From Azolla caroliniana (lineage: Eukaryota; Plantae; Polypodiophyta), in assembly GCA_043228905.1 (NCBI GenBank), contig JBHGNT010000001.1:11408001-11472000 (forward strand): a DNA stretch of 64,000 bases, read 5' to 3'. Shown piece after piece: positions 23,348-37,437 of the stretch. Within the stretch, counting starts at the first letter, position 1; each line of letters begins with the position of its first letter. The position numbers were made by a program, and so were the translations under genes. The notes under the pieces are model-generated. The model was given only the letters and a program-made list of their open reading frames with translations. It made no database searches and was not told the DNA's origin.

Positions 23348-25505
23348 TGTTGGGAAACAGGTCCTTCCAGATGGGAAGAGAGAAGAGTCGAGTTGATGAG
23401 GAACCTCGGTCGAAACTGAAATCATGTAGATAGCCAACTCGGGAGACTATATCTGTAAATAGTCGAAATAAGCCTCTGTGGGCTATACTTGTAAATAGTC
23501 CAAAAGTTGTACTAGTATATAAACATCTAGGGCAAGCATTATACGTGTATCATTATGGTGAGATAGTCAGAACGGTGTAGTTGGCTCCGTAACTGAGAGA
23601 ACGTGTGAGAGAGGGAGAGTGTGAGTAAGTGCAACTTCATAGCCGTCTGTTGACGAAGAAGAACTCGAGGTCGGTTCCTCTGAGTTTCTTGTTGTACCCC
23701 CCTCATCATCATAGTGATCTGTTTTAGAGCAAGTGGACTCCACGTGATTTTTCCCAGTTCAGGTTTCCATGGTAAAATTTGTGTGTTCTCTGTTTTTAGT
23801 TATTTTGTTCTTCCGTTTTCTGTCTTAGCGTTACTTCTTGCACACGAATATACGAACGGTAACCAATTGCGGCCGGTCACGAGCACAACAAGTAGTATCA
23901 GAACGATGGAAGACTTGTTCGGCGACATGTTTAAGCTAACCGGTTCCAACTACTCAATGTGGAAGTCGAAGATGAAAGACATGCACGTGTGCAAAGATCT
24001 CTGGTTGTCGGTGTAGTTCCGAGATAAAAGACCAGACAAGATTGATTCATCGACTTGGGAAGTGTTGCATCTAAAGGAGGCCACATATATAAGGTGTTTT
24101 ATATACATGAGTCTATACAACCATTTTGTTGAAGAAACAGAAGCTGACGTCCTCTGGAAGAATATTGGCGTGATGTTCGAAAACAAGAACGTCGTGAACA
24201 GAGTCTCAGTATTTCAAAAAATCGTGAGACTTCGGTATCAGGATGGCTCCAGCATGGCGGAGCACATCAATGCCTTTCAAGGACTAATGAATCAAACCAC
24301 CTCTCTAGAAGTACCTCTAGCCAATGAGGTATTAGCATTGTTGTTGTTGGGGTCCCTTCCAGACAGTTGGGAAACGATGGTTGTCACATTGGGCAACACG
24401 GGACCGGAAGGGAAACACCTATCCCTAAAGCAGGGGAAGTCGAGCTTGCTGAATGAAGAAGCTTGCCGGAAGGACCGAGAGTCCAATACCGACCAAAAGG
24501 CCTTAGTCGCGGAAGGTGACACAATTTAGGGAAGAGGCCGAAATCGAAGTCCCCAAAACCGAGATAAGTCGAGGACCAGGTCGAAGTCGAGAGGGAGGCC
24601 CACGTGCTTCTATTGTGGGAAGCCAGGGCACTTCCAGAAGAACTATTGACATTTCCAAAAGGAAAAAGGGGGAGCCGAAGGTGTGCAGCCGAAAAGGATT
24701 TCAGAAAGCAAGAACACCTCGGCGATCGCGACAAGTGAAGAGGAATCGACATGGGTGGTCGATTCGGGTGCATCATTACACCTAACTCCCGACCGGAAAT
24801 GTTTCTCATCTTACAGAGCCGGAGATCTCGGATCTGTAAAGATGGGAAATGAAGGAGCATGTTGAATCGTCAGCATTGGAGACGTGTGTTTGGTGACATC
24901 AACTGGCTACAGACTTCTGTTGAGAGATGTTCGACACATTCCTGAGGTTTGATTGAAACTGATATCAGTCGGTCGGCTAGATGATGAAGGCTACATGGGT
25001 AGCATCCGAAACAGTATCATGAAGTTCTGCAAGGGGATCCTGATTGTGGCTCGGGCACGGAAAACCAACACACTCTATGTGATGCATGCTCAATTATGTC
25101 AAGGGGAAGCAAATGTGGAACCGACACTGTCGGAGAACTGTGGCACAAGACATTGTGCCATTGAGCCAAAAGGGGATGCGGAATCTTGCCAAGGACAACC
25201 TCATTCCGGAGGTGAAAGATGTGCATCTTGAGAAGTGCACCAATTGCTTGGCCGGCAAGCAAAACCAAACCTCTTTCCAGACAAGACCACTGTCGAAACG
25301 GAATGCACCGTTGGAACTTGTGCATAGTGATGTATGCCAAGTGGACACGAAGTGACATGCCAGATCGCAGTACTTCCTGACGTTCATAGACGACCACAAT
25401 CCGAAACTGTGGGTCTCACCGCTGAAGACGAAGGATCAAGTATTGTCCATCTTCAAGGACTTCCATGCAAGAGTGGAAAGGGAAACCGGTCGGAAGCTGA
25501 AGGCT
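23348..25505 (+). mobile_element. 3'-truncated Ty1/Copia element (5' LTR 23348-23890, degenerate iMet PBS, gag-PR-start of IN)
   Basis: LTR TG...CA. TAGTATCAGAAC at 23893. gag ATG 23906 (MFKLTGSNYSMWK). WVVDSGAS. LELVHSDVC. Same family as 45840-51312. Breaks at ~25505. Confidence 0.9.
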
Positions 25506-26973
25506 ATATAGCTCCCTCTCAATTTTTGGGTATTTTGTTGGCTCTCATTGAGAGTGTATCATCTAGGTTTAAACACCCATTAAGCTTAATATAGCTTATC
25601 TTGGTTCTATTCATGTAAGTCTTCTCTTGAGCATAATCTGAGTTTAATGTTCATTCTTATTGAGTATACTAATCTTGAAAGCCCTCTTGTCTAGTTTTTT
25701 GTATAATGATAACTAATGTGTTTGAAACACAAGCTATAGATGTGAATTGCTTGTTTGGACAGTTTTTAGTTTGTTTTGTGAAAGGCATTTGATACCCATA
25801 CACTTCACAATTTAGTCTATTACAGCAATGAAGTCTACTTTTAGGGTACAAAGTCTCAAGGGTTCAATCCCCTATTCCAGATAGCTATTGGGTTTTTAGT
25901 TGAGTGTGGTTGTTGTTTTTTCTGTTATGAGAAAGGGTCCATCATACTTGTGTCGTAACTAGGAGGTAATATACTTCCCTTAGTGTTCACACACAATGTG
26001 AGTTGTTTAGAGTAGTATCTCATTGAAACGGATGATTGCATTAGACTCAAGTGAGGGTTGAAAGATAAAATCGAAAGTCCATATTGTATCTTTATGGGTT
26101 GGCATGAGGTAATGAGCCAACAAAAATTTATATACAAGTGCAAGTCAACTAGCTAAAGTTGGAAATTAAGGAGATACCAAGGGAAATGAGAGTGGGGGAA
26201 GATTGGCCTAAGGTGGGGATAGAAAGACATGGGACATGATTAGACTTCGTCACACACAATACTCTAACAATCGAAAAACACTGACAAGAAGTGGCTGAAG
26301 TAGGACTTATCCATATACTTACTTTCAACATGATGACCAAGGGATATAGGTTACAAGTTGAGAATGGACTACAAATCTAATCCATGCAATACAATGAATG
26401 AGACCCATTGTTTTAAATAAAAAATGTATTTTGAAGAGTCAATGCAAGAACTTGCATGATTGACCATATGAACAATTATTACTCATGTAGACTTAAGTGT
26501 GAGCAAAGGAACTCATGCAAATTTGTCTGTTTCATTGAATTGTCCCATAGGCATTCCAAGAGTTGTTGGTTCGACATTACTACACTAACTAGTGTTTAGT
26601 ATGTGTTTGGCACCTAACTATAGTGGCAATAGTATATTTAACTATAGTCACTACTATGGTAAGCAAGATTATTCTATCATGTAATCAATGGTTATTTACA
26701 TTCTAGGGAGATTGGTATCCCTCTCATTGTCATGATGATTGATTGGCATAAATAATAATAATAATATGTATATATAAAGCTACCCTCAATGCTCACCATC
26801 CTAGTACCAACCTTTTTGGAATGTAAGTCTATTATTTGGAATCATTTGGTGTATTATTGTCTCATTTACTCACGTTATTATTCATCTCCATATCCATATG
26901 GAATGAAGGAAGCTTAATTGTCGTAATCAACTGATTATACAATAATGGCTATCAATGAAAGTGTATTTTATGT

Positions 26974-27208
26974 GAAATATAAGTTTTCTATGGAGTTCTG
27001 TTCTAAGAGCCTGAAATTTTGTTTTCTGCAGCAGATCACTGGAATCAATGTTGTGTTTTATGGCTGTTTTTTTTTCCCAACAGTTTTTACAAATGCTAGA
27101 ATCAGTTCAGATATACTGGTGGAGATGAAACAATATTATGTACTATTTGTATACTGCCTCCGAGCTTTTTATTAATACCAATGGAGCATATGTTTTATGG
27201 TAAAAAAA
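26974..27208 (+). pseudogene. Retroposed fragment of a sugar-porter (MFS, pGlcT-like) gene
   Basis: QQITGINVVFY...TVFTNARISSD motif, A-tail 27202-27208, 20-bp TSD AATGAAAGTGTATTTTATGT (26954-26973/27209-27228). Confidence 0.75.
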
Positions 27209-27716
27209 AATGAAAGTGTATTTTATGTTAATTAATTTAATTCAATCATTTAGCTATGAATTTAATCTGCTAAGTAAGCAATCAATCTTGTACAATTCTA
27301 CGCATTGACAATCCGACAACAAGTTTTATAGATCTTGGCTTTATTTATGGGAACATGCTTGGCTTGTACACATTTTTAACATACCCAAGAGTGTTCTTCA
27401 AAAGAGGCATATAGATATTGTGTAGAAAAAGGTTAAAAGATAAGGGGTATTGTAAATTTTCCAAGTTGATCACACACATTACATAAGTGCCTTGACAACA
27501 TTCATTCTCATCCTACTTGGTCTTCTCACATTGAGCTTTTTATTGTGAGGATCTCATGTAGCATGGCCTCTTGATGATGGAGTTAATGCTTTTGCCTACA
27601 AGAGTGACAATGTACCACTAAATACTAAAGCATGTAAAGTATAAACAAAAACATTATAAAGCCCTTAATATGCATCAATATTTAAATAAGATCTACACAC
27701 AGGTATCAATAGTTGA

Positions 27717-28190
27717 AAGAATATTATGTCCCTCAATTAAAAGAGCCCACAGTACGTTGCATACGAAAATTTCATAGAAAATCGGGATGGTTAGGTGTAG
27801 GTTGACAATGAAAGAAATGTTTGATTAGAAGAAGAATAATATACATGTAGTTCTATCCACAAAAATTGTTTTCGCAATTTTTATGACACAAATTTGCATA
27901 GATACATGCATATGTTTATAATGTTAATTAGATCCTTTCGTAGTCTGTTAAGAATATTATGTCCCTCAATTAAAAGACCACACAATACATCACATACGAA
28001 AATGTCATAGAAAATCGGGATGGTTAGGTGTAGGCTGACAATGAAAGAAATGTTTGATTAGAAGAATAATAATATGTAGTTCTATCCACAAAAATTATTT
28101 TAGCAATTTTTATGACATTAATTTACATAGATTCATGCTCAAAACATAATAATGTTTATAACGTTAATCAAATCCCTTTATAGTTTGTTT
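27717..28190 (+). repeat. Tandem duplication, 2 x ~233 bp
   Basis: AAGAATATTATGTCCCTCAATTAAAAGA at 27717 and 27950, collinear with substitutions. Confidence 0.85.
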
Positions 28191-29093
28191 ATGACATCTT
28201 AATACATGGAACTCTGAGGATAAAAAAACTATATTTAGGCATCAATAATGACTCCTTGCATGTATGATGATCATCGTGTATCTTTTTATCAATGATTTTG
28301 GGGGATTTGAACACCTTTTGTCACATCAGAACTGTTAGAATTGTGCATACAATACGTGAACATCTTGTTATCTCAACTTAATGACACAAATCCTCAAGAA
28401 ATTTAAGGAGACAATGAAATAAGACAAAAGAGTCAACAAGGTGGGGATGTTTCTAAGGGATACTTAATGCATTAAGAAGAAATTTTGAGATGTAAAATAC
28501 ATCCTTACATGTGTAGACGACTAGTCTTCAACGCAGGGGGAGTTTTCTAACGTAGAGCATTTTGTGTAGAAAATGAAAAAAGATAGCTTATATCCTTGAA
28601 ACTTGTCATGTTGAAAAAGAAAGGGATCCCACCATTGACTAGAATGCCCTATATTTTCGCTTTTCTTCTTCCTTTCAATTTTAGTTTAAGCATTACATCA
28701 TGGGGATTAAATTAGAAATAATGGAATATATGCCTGAACAAATGCGATAATGTTATCATATGAAAAGGCAAACGGATCGTGTCGGTCGTTTACGTGGAGG
28801 GAACGAATTTAATCGAAAAAGTAAATAAGCATGCTAATAATTGATGAATTACAAACATGGGTACGATGTGGACACACCCGTGATACTTTAAAAAGAACAT
28901 AAAAAGTTCGACGGGGGTCCTCGTCGAATGACATGACATCGCTGTGCTGGTGGCACGGAGCACTCGCGCGACCCACTAGAAATATTCCTTTAAATACCAC
29001 AGCACGGGCCATGTTTTTTTGAGTAAGAGTCAATCAAAGTACCTACTTCAAGCTACATAACATATTTACGTGGTACTTCATGAATACTCACAA

Positions 29094-29096
<3 letters not shown>

Positions 29097-29140
<44 letters not shown>

Positions 29141-29153
29141 CGTGCGTGTGTGT
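29097..29153 (+). repeat. (GT)n microsatellite upstream of the PME gene
   Basis: Direct reading. Confidence 0.95.
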
Positions 29154-29318
29154 AGATAAGGAATGTACAACAGGCTAAAAACAGATATACGGGGGAAAAA
29201 GGTTTCCTCTTTGGGAAACCTTTTTCTTTGTAATATCGTTGCTTCTTACTTGATTTCGTTTTTAAAAAAAGGTTCTGTTGATTGTTGGTTGGGTTTAGGC
29301 AGTAAAATAAAGCAAGGC

Positions 29319-32300
29319 ATGAAGATGATGTCCGTCACCTGCTTTACTGTGGTGTTGCTGCTGCTGCTACTGCTGTGGTGCCATGAGGAGGCGTACGGCA
29401 GGCGCAGCCTTGTGGGCACAGAAGAAGAAACAGACGGCGGCGCCGTGAACATGACGATGATCGACGCCACCATGTCCGACTATGAGGCATGGCTGGCTTA
29501 CGTCGCCTCCCGCTCCACCTCCTCCTCCTCCTCCTCCTCCGGCAGCGCCGCCGTCTCCGCCGCCGCCGCCGCATCCGACGGCGGCGGCGCCGCCGTCATT
29601 ACGGTGTCCAAATCAGGCGGCGCCGATTTCTCGAGCGTTCAGGACGCCGTCGACTCCATACCCAATGATAACAACCAGCGCGTCACCATCCAAATCGCTG
29701 CTGGTACATATAAGTAAGTATACTGTATACATATACATTCATATACATATATATATATATATTATATAGATATATGTGTATTTTTACAAAATTATTCCCT
29801 TTCCTTCATATGTAAATATTGTCTCTTTTTTCTTTTTCTATTGATTTGTTCCCTCAATTAGTTATAATTGTTAGTGAACTCCAAATTAGCATTAGCTACC
29901 TAACTAGCTTGTTACGTAATGAACCCGACATCACTCGCCGCCTCCGCACCTGCACTACACCAAGCCAAGCCAAGGCTTCTTTTTTTTTCTTTTATTTTCC
30001 TTTCATTTATATGTAAGTATATTTTTATTTCATTTCTTTTACATTGTTTTATTGATTCGTTTTTCATTTTTTATTTTTGCTAATGCTAGTTATTGTTAGT
30101 GTTGAACTTGTTGAGAATTAGCATTAGCATTCGCAAAATTAGCCAAATATAAAGACATGTAAGGTATGCAAGGAAGGGCTAGTGGAGGATGAATGTATCG
30201 CTTGCTTTTTACATGCTCTGCATATAGTGCAATTTGTGAAAGCTATGATCATGATATATTAAGAGGGCGTGATGACTTGAGTATCACACTAAAGAAAACA
30301 CCTAGAAGGTTGAGCTCATGTGTGTATGCCTTATTCACACATCGAGACTTGGTGCTTCAAAGTATGAATGTCCCTTCTTAAGAATGAGACACGCATCAAG
30401 ATAACTTTTGTACTCATGTCCTATGGATCGTATTGGCCTTTCTATCTATCTCTACGTAGGGTTGAACACATGACCTTTTGGTTTCCACCGAACATACGTG
30501 TTTCTCTTGCTTCATAAAGAGTAATTTCTATGGAATATGATGCATTAATTTCATCAAAGTTAAGGTTTCATTTCTTTTACATTGTTTTATTGATTCGTTT
30601 TTCATTTTTTATTTTTGCTAATGCTAGTTATTGTTAGTGTTGAACTTGTTGAGAATTAGCATTAGCATTCGCAAAATTAGCCAAATATAAAGACATGTAA
30701 GGTATGCAAGGAAGGGCTAGTGGAGGATGAATGTATCGCTTGCTTTTTACATGCTCTGCATATAGTGCAATTTGTGAAAGCTATGATCATGATATATTAA
30801 GAGGGCGTGATGACTTGAGTATCACACTAAAGAAAACACCTAGAAGGTTGAGCTCATGTGTGTATGCCTTATTCACACATCGAGACTTGGTGCTTCAAAG
30901 TATGAATGTCCCTTCTTAAGAATGAGACACGCATCAAGATAACTTTTGTACTCATGTCCTATGGATCGTATTGGCCTTTCTATCTATCTCTACGTAGGGT
31001 TGAACACATGACCTTTTGGTTTCCACCGAACATACGTGTTTCTCTTGCTTCATAAAGAGTAATTTCTATGGAATATGATGCATTAATTTCATCAAAGTTA
31101 AGGTTTCATTTCTTTTACATTGTTTTATTGATTCGTTTTTCATTTTTTATTTTTGCTAATGCTAGTTATTGTTAGTGTTGAACTTGTTGAGAATTAGCAT
31201 TAGCATTCGCAAAATTAGCCAAATATAAAGACATGTAAGGTATGCAAGGAAGGGCTAGTGGAGGATGAATGTATCGCTTGCTTTTTACATGCTCTGCATA
31301 TAGTGCAATTTGTGAAAGCTATGATCATGATATATTAAGAGGGCGTGATGACTTGAGTATCACACTAAAGAAAACACCTAGAAGGTTGAGCTCATGTGTG
31401 TATGCCTTATTCACACATCGAGACTTGGTGCTTCAAAGTATGAATGTCCCTTCTTAAGAATGAGACACGCATCAAGATAACTTTTGTACTCATGTCCTAT
31501 GGATCGTATTGGCCTTTCTATCTATCTCTACGTAGGGTTGAACACATGACCTTTTGGTTTCCACCGAACATACGTGTTTCTCTTGCTTCATAAAGAGTAA
31601 TTTCTATGGAATATGATGCATTAATTTCATCAAAGTTAAGGTTTCATTTCTTTTACATTGTTTTATTGATTCGTTTTTCATTTTTTATTTTTGCTAATGC
31701 TAGTTATTGTTAGTGTTGAACTTGTTGAGAATTAGCATTAGCATTCGCAAAATTAGCCAAATATAAAGACATGTAAGGTATGCAAGGAAGGGCTAGTGGA
31801 GGATGAATGTATCGCTTGCTTTTTACATGCTCTGCATATAGTGCAATTTGTGAAAGCTATGATCATGATATATTAAGAGGGCGTGATGACTTGAGTATCA
31901 CACTAAAGAAAACACCTAGAAGGTTGAGCTCATGTGTGTATGCCTTATTCACACATCGAGACTTGGTGCTTCAAAGTATGAATGTCCCTTCTTAAGAATG
32001 AGACACGCATCAAGATAACTTTTGTACTCATGTCCTATGGATCGTATTGGCCTTTCTATCTATCTCTACGTAGGGTTGAACACATGACCTTTTGGTTTCC
32101 ACCGAACATACGTGTTTCTCTTGCTTCATAAAGAGTAATTTCTATGGAATATGATGCATTAATTTCATCAAAGTTAAGGTTACCAATATACATGTTAGAC
32201 CCACCCCCCCCCCCCCCCCCCCCCATTGGTTTTGGAAAAGAAACGTTATTGGCTTTAATAGTAAAACCTTTGTAAATTTTTCTAATAATATAAAAATAGC

Positions 32301-35300
32301 TTAGAAATTGTTCTTCTAACGAGATTATGCAATATTTCAAGTCGTGACATGGATCTTTTGCCTCTCTAATTCAAATTAGCTTACCCTAATGCAAAGTTAT
32401 CACATACATACCTTTCTATTAGACCACATACTTTTCTTAATTTACTAGATGATGTTATGGCATGTAGGGGTTGGACACATGACCTTGTAGATTCTATTGA
32501 ACAACCTTACCGATTGAGCTATGTGTGTATGTGTCTTTCTCTTTGTTTTAAGAGAAAGAGTAATCATGAAGGATTATTACTATAGTCAAATTACAATAAT
32601 GGAATATGATATCCATTATTGTAAAAGCACACAATTATATTAATTGTATGTAAAATCCACTTCATATTTCAATTTCGTGCTCTCTCCTCTCACAATGGTA
32701 GGGAGAGGGAAGTTCCATAAAGCCACTAGAAAACCTGAATATCCAGTCAAGCAAATGATTCGCACATGCTCCAAAATCCAAAAACCCTACATGAGAATGC
32801 CTTCTGACTTCTTCACATAGGCTTTTACCTCATGTTTACTATCAAAGATGAGACTATTACTCATATTCTAATTGTGTTGCAGTTGCCAATATCGTAAAAA
32901 TTAGAACAATGGCTTTAGCTCAACTTGACGAGTCTCAATTCCATTAAGAGAGGACAATCCATTGTAAACAAATGATAATTGTTTGGTTTCCTGCAAACAT
33001 TAAAGAAATCTATTTGTCTTGGTATCAAATTCATGATTCCACAATCTTCAAAAATTGATACAAACATTTCGCCTATAGCCCTAGACCCTTTATTCTCCCT
33101 ATCCCTATCCCTTCCCCCTCCTTGTCTCTTTCTAGTGTTAATAACTTCCATAATCAAATCATTGCTCTAGCTTCCAGACCCAATGGCAACACATTTTTTT
33201 CTCTCTTAAATATATGTGTTTGATATGAATTATGAATTGATTCAATGAACTTGTAATGTTTGGATCCCATGTCATGTTTCACACAATTCTTGACTTTTTT
33301 AGGCCATGTTATGGTTGACTCAACATGTAGCTAGTAATGGTTACGTTGAAACCCAACTCTTTCCATGAGTCAATATTACACATAAACTATTGCTGCACAA
33401 GTGTTCTTCATATCCAACCTTAGTCCTACTTGACATGTCTATCTCCCCTCCCCGTAGTAGTAGATTTTTTCTTGACACATAAACTATAGTTGGACAAATG
33501 ATGATTTATTTTTTAGTAGAAGACCCTCATGCCAAATCCTTCGTTTTTTATCTTGTTAAAAATAAATTCATACTATGTCCCTAGTATCCAAGATTGAGAA
33601 AAGTTGTGTAGGGTCAATTTCCAACTTGAAAGCATTGGAGTAGATATATGGACTCGGAGGGGAAGTAAAGCTAATGAGGGACCAAAGATTCTAACTTTTT
33701 TGCTTTATAAATTATTATAATATATGCTTTTGGTTGGAATGGTCAATCAATGTAGTCGTAGTTTTGCCATACTTCTTAATATTAACAACATCCATCAGTT
33801 ATTGCCATAATGCATTACATATTGCTAATGTGTGTGTTTTTCTAGCATAGTATATATTTAGTTAGTAGTAACTCCACTATTCTCTACATCATTGACTTTA
33901 GATTACTACCTTTAGTACCTAATAGGTTCTAGTAAGTAACTCAACTAGGCATGTGACCATACCACTAACCACACGCGAATTATGATATTTGATTGCTTGA
34001 TTATTTTCCAGGGAGAAGGTAACGATCCCAAGCAGTAAGCCATATATAACATTTCAAGGAGAAGGGAGTGGCAGCACAACCATCACATGGGATGACACTG
34101 CATCTAGCAGTGGCTCAACCTTCAAGAGCGCTAGTGTCGCCATCAATTCCAAGTATTTCATTGCTCGTGACATCGCCTTTAAGGTGCCTGGCCCAAAATA
34201 TGTTCCATAAGCTATGTTCATAATAGTTATAAATTTATTAACATACCCACGGTATTCCAAGTTGAAACTTGAGACCATTGCCAAGTGGGGCCATATCATC
34301 ATATTATCATAATTTTCGAAAAAACACTTTCATTACTTTATTATAAGCGTGCGGAGTTTTCAATCTTTCATTACTTTATTTCTTACTTTTAATGGCAAAA
34401 GTGGGGAAATCCATATACTTTGAATGAACGATGTATCATATGGACAACCATGATATGTTCTTGATGTCAATGTCGATGTACATGTAGTTGTTAGATGTAT
34501 TGATACCTCGTTCACTCATCCAAAGATAAAGACCCTCTCCATCTACCCATTGACGGTGTGACTCACTTTTCCATCGTGAATTGGTTGGGTTGGAACTTTG
34601 AAGAGAACATCCTAAATTCTAATGTGCATGCCTTGCATAAATGTATCCACAACATTGAACACGTTCCATTGTAAACTAACCAACAAAAACTATTTTTTAA
34701 ATAAGGTATAAATATGCTAATTATGAAAATTGAATGAGCCGACCATCTAGCTTATTGATTTATAATCAAAACATATAGGGCTATATTTTATACAAAAGCT
34801 TGTTATTTAAGTTGGTTTGAATTGGTACCAACATCTCACACTCGTATTGGAATTCAATTTATGACTCCACTAGAGGGAATAGTGTTTATAGACTTCAAAT
34901 TTACAAAGAAAATTGTTTATTTAAATTTCTCTTATTATGTGTAATACATTCATTTACATCGAGTGTTTCATTTTGAATCTAGAATTCAGCCCCTGCACCA
35001 CCTCCAGGTGCCGTCGGTAGACAAGCCGTTGCTTTACGAATTTCTGGAGACCAAGCGGCATTTTATAACTGCAAGTTTTATGGGGCTCAAGATACACTAT
35101 ATGACCAAAAGGGCAGACATTACTTTAAAGATTGCTTCATTCAAGGATCAATTGATTTCATTTTTGGTGATGGGCAATCGTATTACACGGTAAAATAAAT
35201 TACATACGGCAAAACACCTTTGAAGATGAAAAGAACTATATATGTGAAAATCATTTACGAGAGAACTATTTCTCTCACTAACAATATTTTGCACTAACTT

Positions 35301-35802
35301 TATAACCTATAATAATGTCTAGGGTTGTGAGTTGAACTCAATTGCCACTAGCTCTGGTTCCCTAACGGCACAAAAACGTGAAAAGCCAAGTGAGGACACA
35401 GGATTTTCCTTCGTCAATTGTAAAGTGTCAGGATCGGGAACGATTTACCTAGGAAGAGCTTGGGGTGCATATTCACGTGTAGTGTTCTTGTACACATACA
35501 TTGACAATATCATTAAACCCGGTGGTTGGGATGACTTTGGTGATTCAAGTCATCAAGGGTATGTGATTATGCCCTATTAAAATGTTTGAAGTGTATGTTA
35601 TAATCATTTCTTCTTCTTTGACAGTACTGAGTTATTGCAATTCTTCACTTGCAGAACTTCATTTTATGGCGAATACCAATGTTCAGGACCTGGAGCAAAT
35701 GCCAAGAACCGTGTCACTTGGTCTTACCAATTAACAGCCTCCCAAGCAGCACCATTTGAATCAATAAGTTACATCGATGGAGAATCATGGATTTCATCCT
35801 AA
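29319..35802 (+). CDS. PME: Pectin methylesterase (group 1/type II, no PMEI pro-domain), ~385 aa; exons 29319-29713, 34012-34183, 34983-35189, 35323-35558, 35655-35802
   Basis: Signal-peptide-like N-terminus. Motifs [40 protein letters not shown]. All introns GT-AG with consistent phase (1158 nt total). Confidence 0.95.
30028..32179 (+). repeat. Four apparently identical 538-bp tandem units in PME intron 1
   Basis: Identical 62-aa ORF at 30193, 30731, 31269 and 31807 (period 538). Confidence 0.97.
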
Positions 35803-36713
35803 TAATCTTCATATGTCTAATGGGACTATTATAAAAATATGAAGTGTAAATTCTATGTTGTATTTATATTATTGTAAATCCTACATGTACCATGTTGGAA
35901 GTAATAATAAAATGTGATATTCCATGAAGTCTAGTGCAATGGAAAACCATGATATGGGCGAGTTAATATATAGAGTAGACAAAGAAGTGTATTGTGAGAT
36001 GCCTCACCTTTATTACACTAAAATGCTTAGAGGAGTCTCCAATCATGTCTCTAGTGTTCCTCGATGAGAGCTCGTATCTATTGAATTGGAGTGGGTGCCT
36101 CGTCCTTTTATACAAATTTGTTTCACTTATTTTTTGGAGAAAAAAAAAATTGTTTCACTTAGCTCTTCAAAGTGATCCCCTAATGGAAATTAGTTGCCAC
36201 TCACACAATTCTTTCGGACTAGTTTATATATAATGAAGAGTCATCCCAAACACTTTAGGCTCTCCATTTGTATGCCATGATGGGGCGATCCTATCCCCAC
36301 TCAAAACATGCCACTAGTATCTAGTTTCTTTGATATTGTTGTATACAATACATCGTATCTTTAACATTCCTTTAACTTTATTCCTCCTACATAGATTCCT
36401 TTAACTTGGGATAACCCATCTATTGGAGCATTGCCTCTAAGTGGATCTATTGTGAAGAGGTGCCTTGATGCCTTGAATTCATCTGATGATAGCATGTGTT
36501 TGTCTTGCTTACCATTCCCTTCCCTTCTAAGTTGGGCCTCAACCGTAAAATTGTCCTTCCATTTCCAAACATTTTACACAGATTGAGGTTCATAAAAGCA
36601 CAATTAAGTAGGCATATCCCCATTTGCTTTTTCTAAATTTTTAGGATCGAAACCACCCCCTTCAAGTTTTTTGTTTCCTCAAGTAGCAAAGCTATTTCTT
36701 GTGGTGTTGATGT

Positions 36714-37437
36714 CATATGACATACATGTTGTCCACATGTGCATGTACACACGCACATGCTAGCATCAATAATAAATGCATAGTAAGGAGTAGCCAAGAG
36801 ACAAGATTATCGACCCATCAACTAAAAATCCCAAAACTAATTGTTCCATGGGTCATCTAGATACTCATAACATCAAGGTCAAGAGTTTGAATCTTGTCGC
36901 AAACATTCACAATTATTAAATTTCATGTCTTGAACTCCCAATAAAAAATATTGTATATGACATACATGTTGTCCACATGTGCATGTACACACGCACATGC
37001 TAACATCAATAATAAATGCATAGTAAGGAGTAGCCAAGAGACAAGATTATCAACCCATCAACTAAAAATCCCACAACTAAATTGTTCCATGGGTCATCTA
37101 GATACTCATAACATCAAGGTCAAGAGTTTGAATCTTGTCGCAAACATTCACAATTATTAAATTTCATGTCTTGAACTCCCAATAAAAAATATTGCATATG
37201 ACATACATGTTGTCCACATGTACATGTACACACGCACATGCTAACATCAATAATAAATGCATAGTAAGGAGTATGCCAAGAGACGAGATTATCGACCCAT
37301 CAACTAAAAATCCCACAACTAAATTGTTCCAAGGGTCATCTAGATACTCATAACATCAAGGTCAAGAGTTTGAATCTTGTCGCAAACATTCACAATTATT
37401 AAATTTCATGTCTTGAACTCCCAATAAAAAATATTGC
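36714..37437 (+). repeat. Tandem repeat, 3 x ~240 bp
   Basis: ATATGACATACATGTTGTCCACATG at ~36715, ~36955 and ~37196. Confidence 0.93.

Noticed and set aside
25840-25885. SINE/tRNA head (GGGTTCAATCCC)
   Set aside because: B-box-like only, with no clear A box, tail or TSD.
29163-29318. ORF-track start of PME at 29163
   Set aside because: The signal peptide begins at the Met cluster at 29319, so upstream codons look like 5' UTR.
30193-31995. Four copies of a 62-aa small-protein gene
   Set aside because: Chance ORF within the intronic 538-bp repeat, with no recognisable motif.
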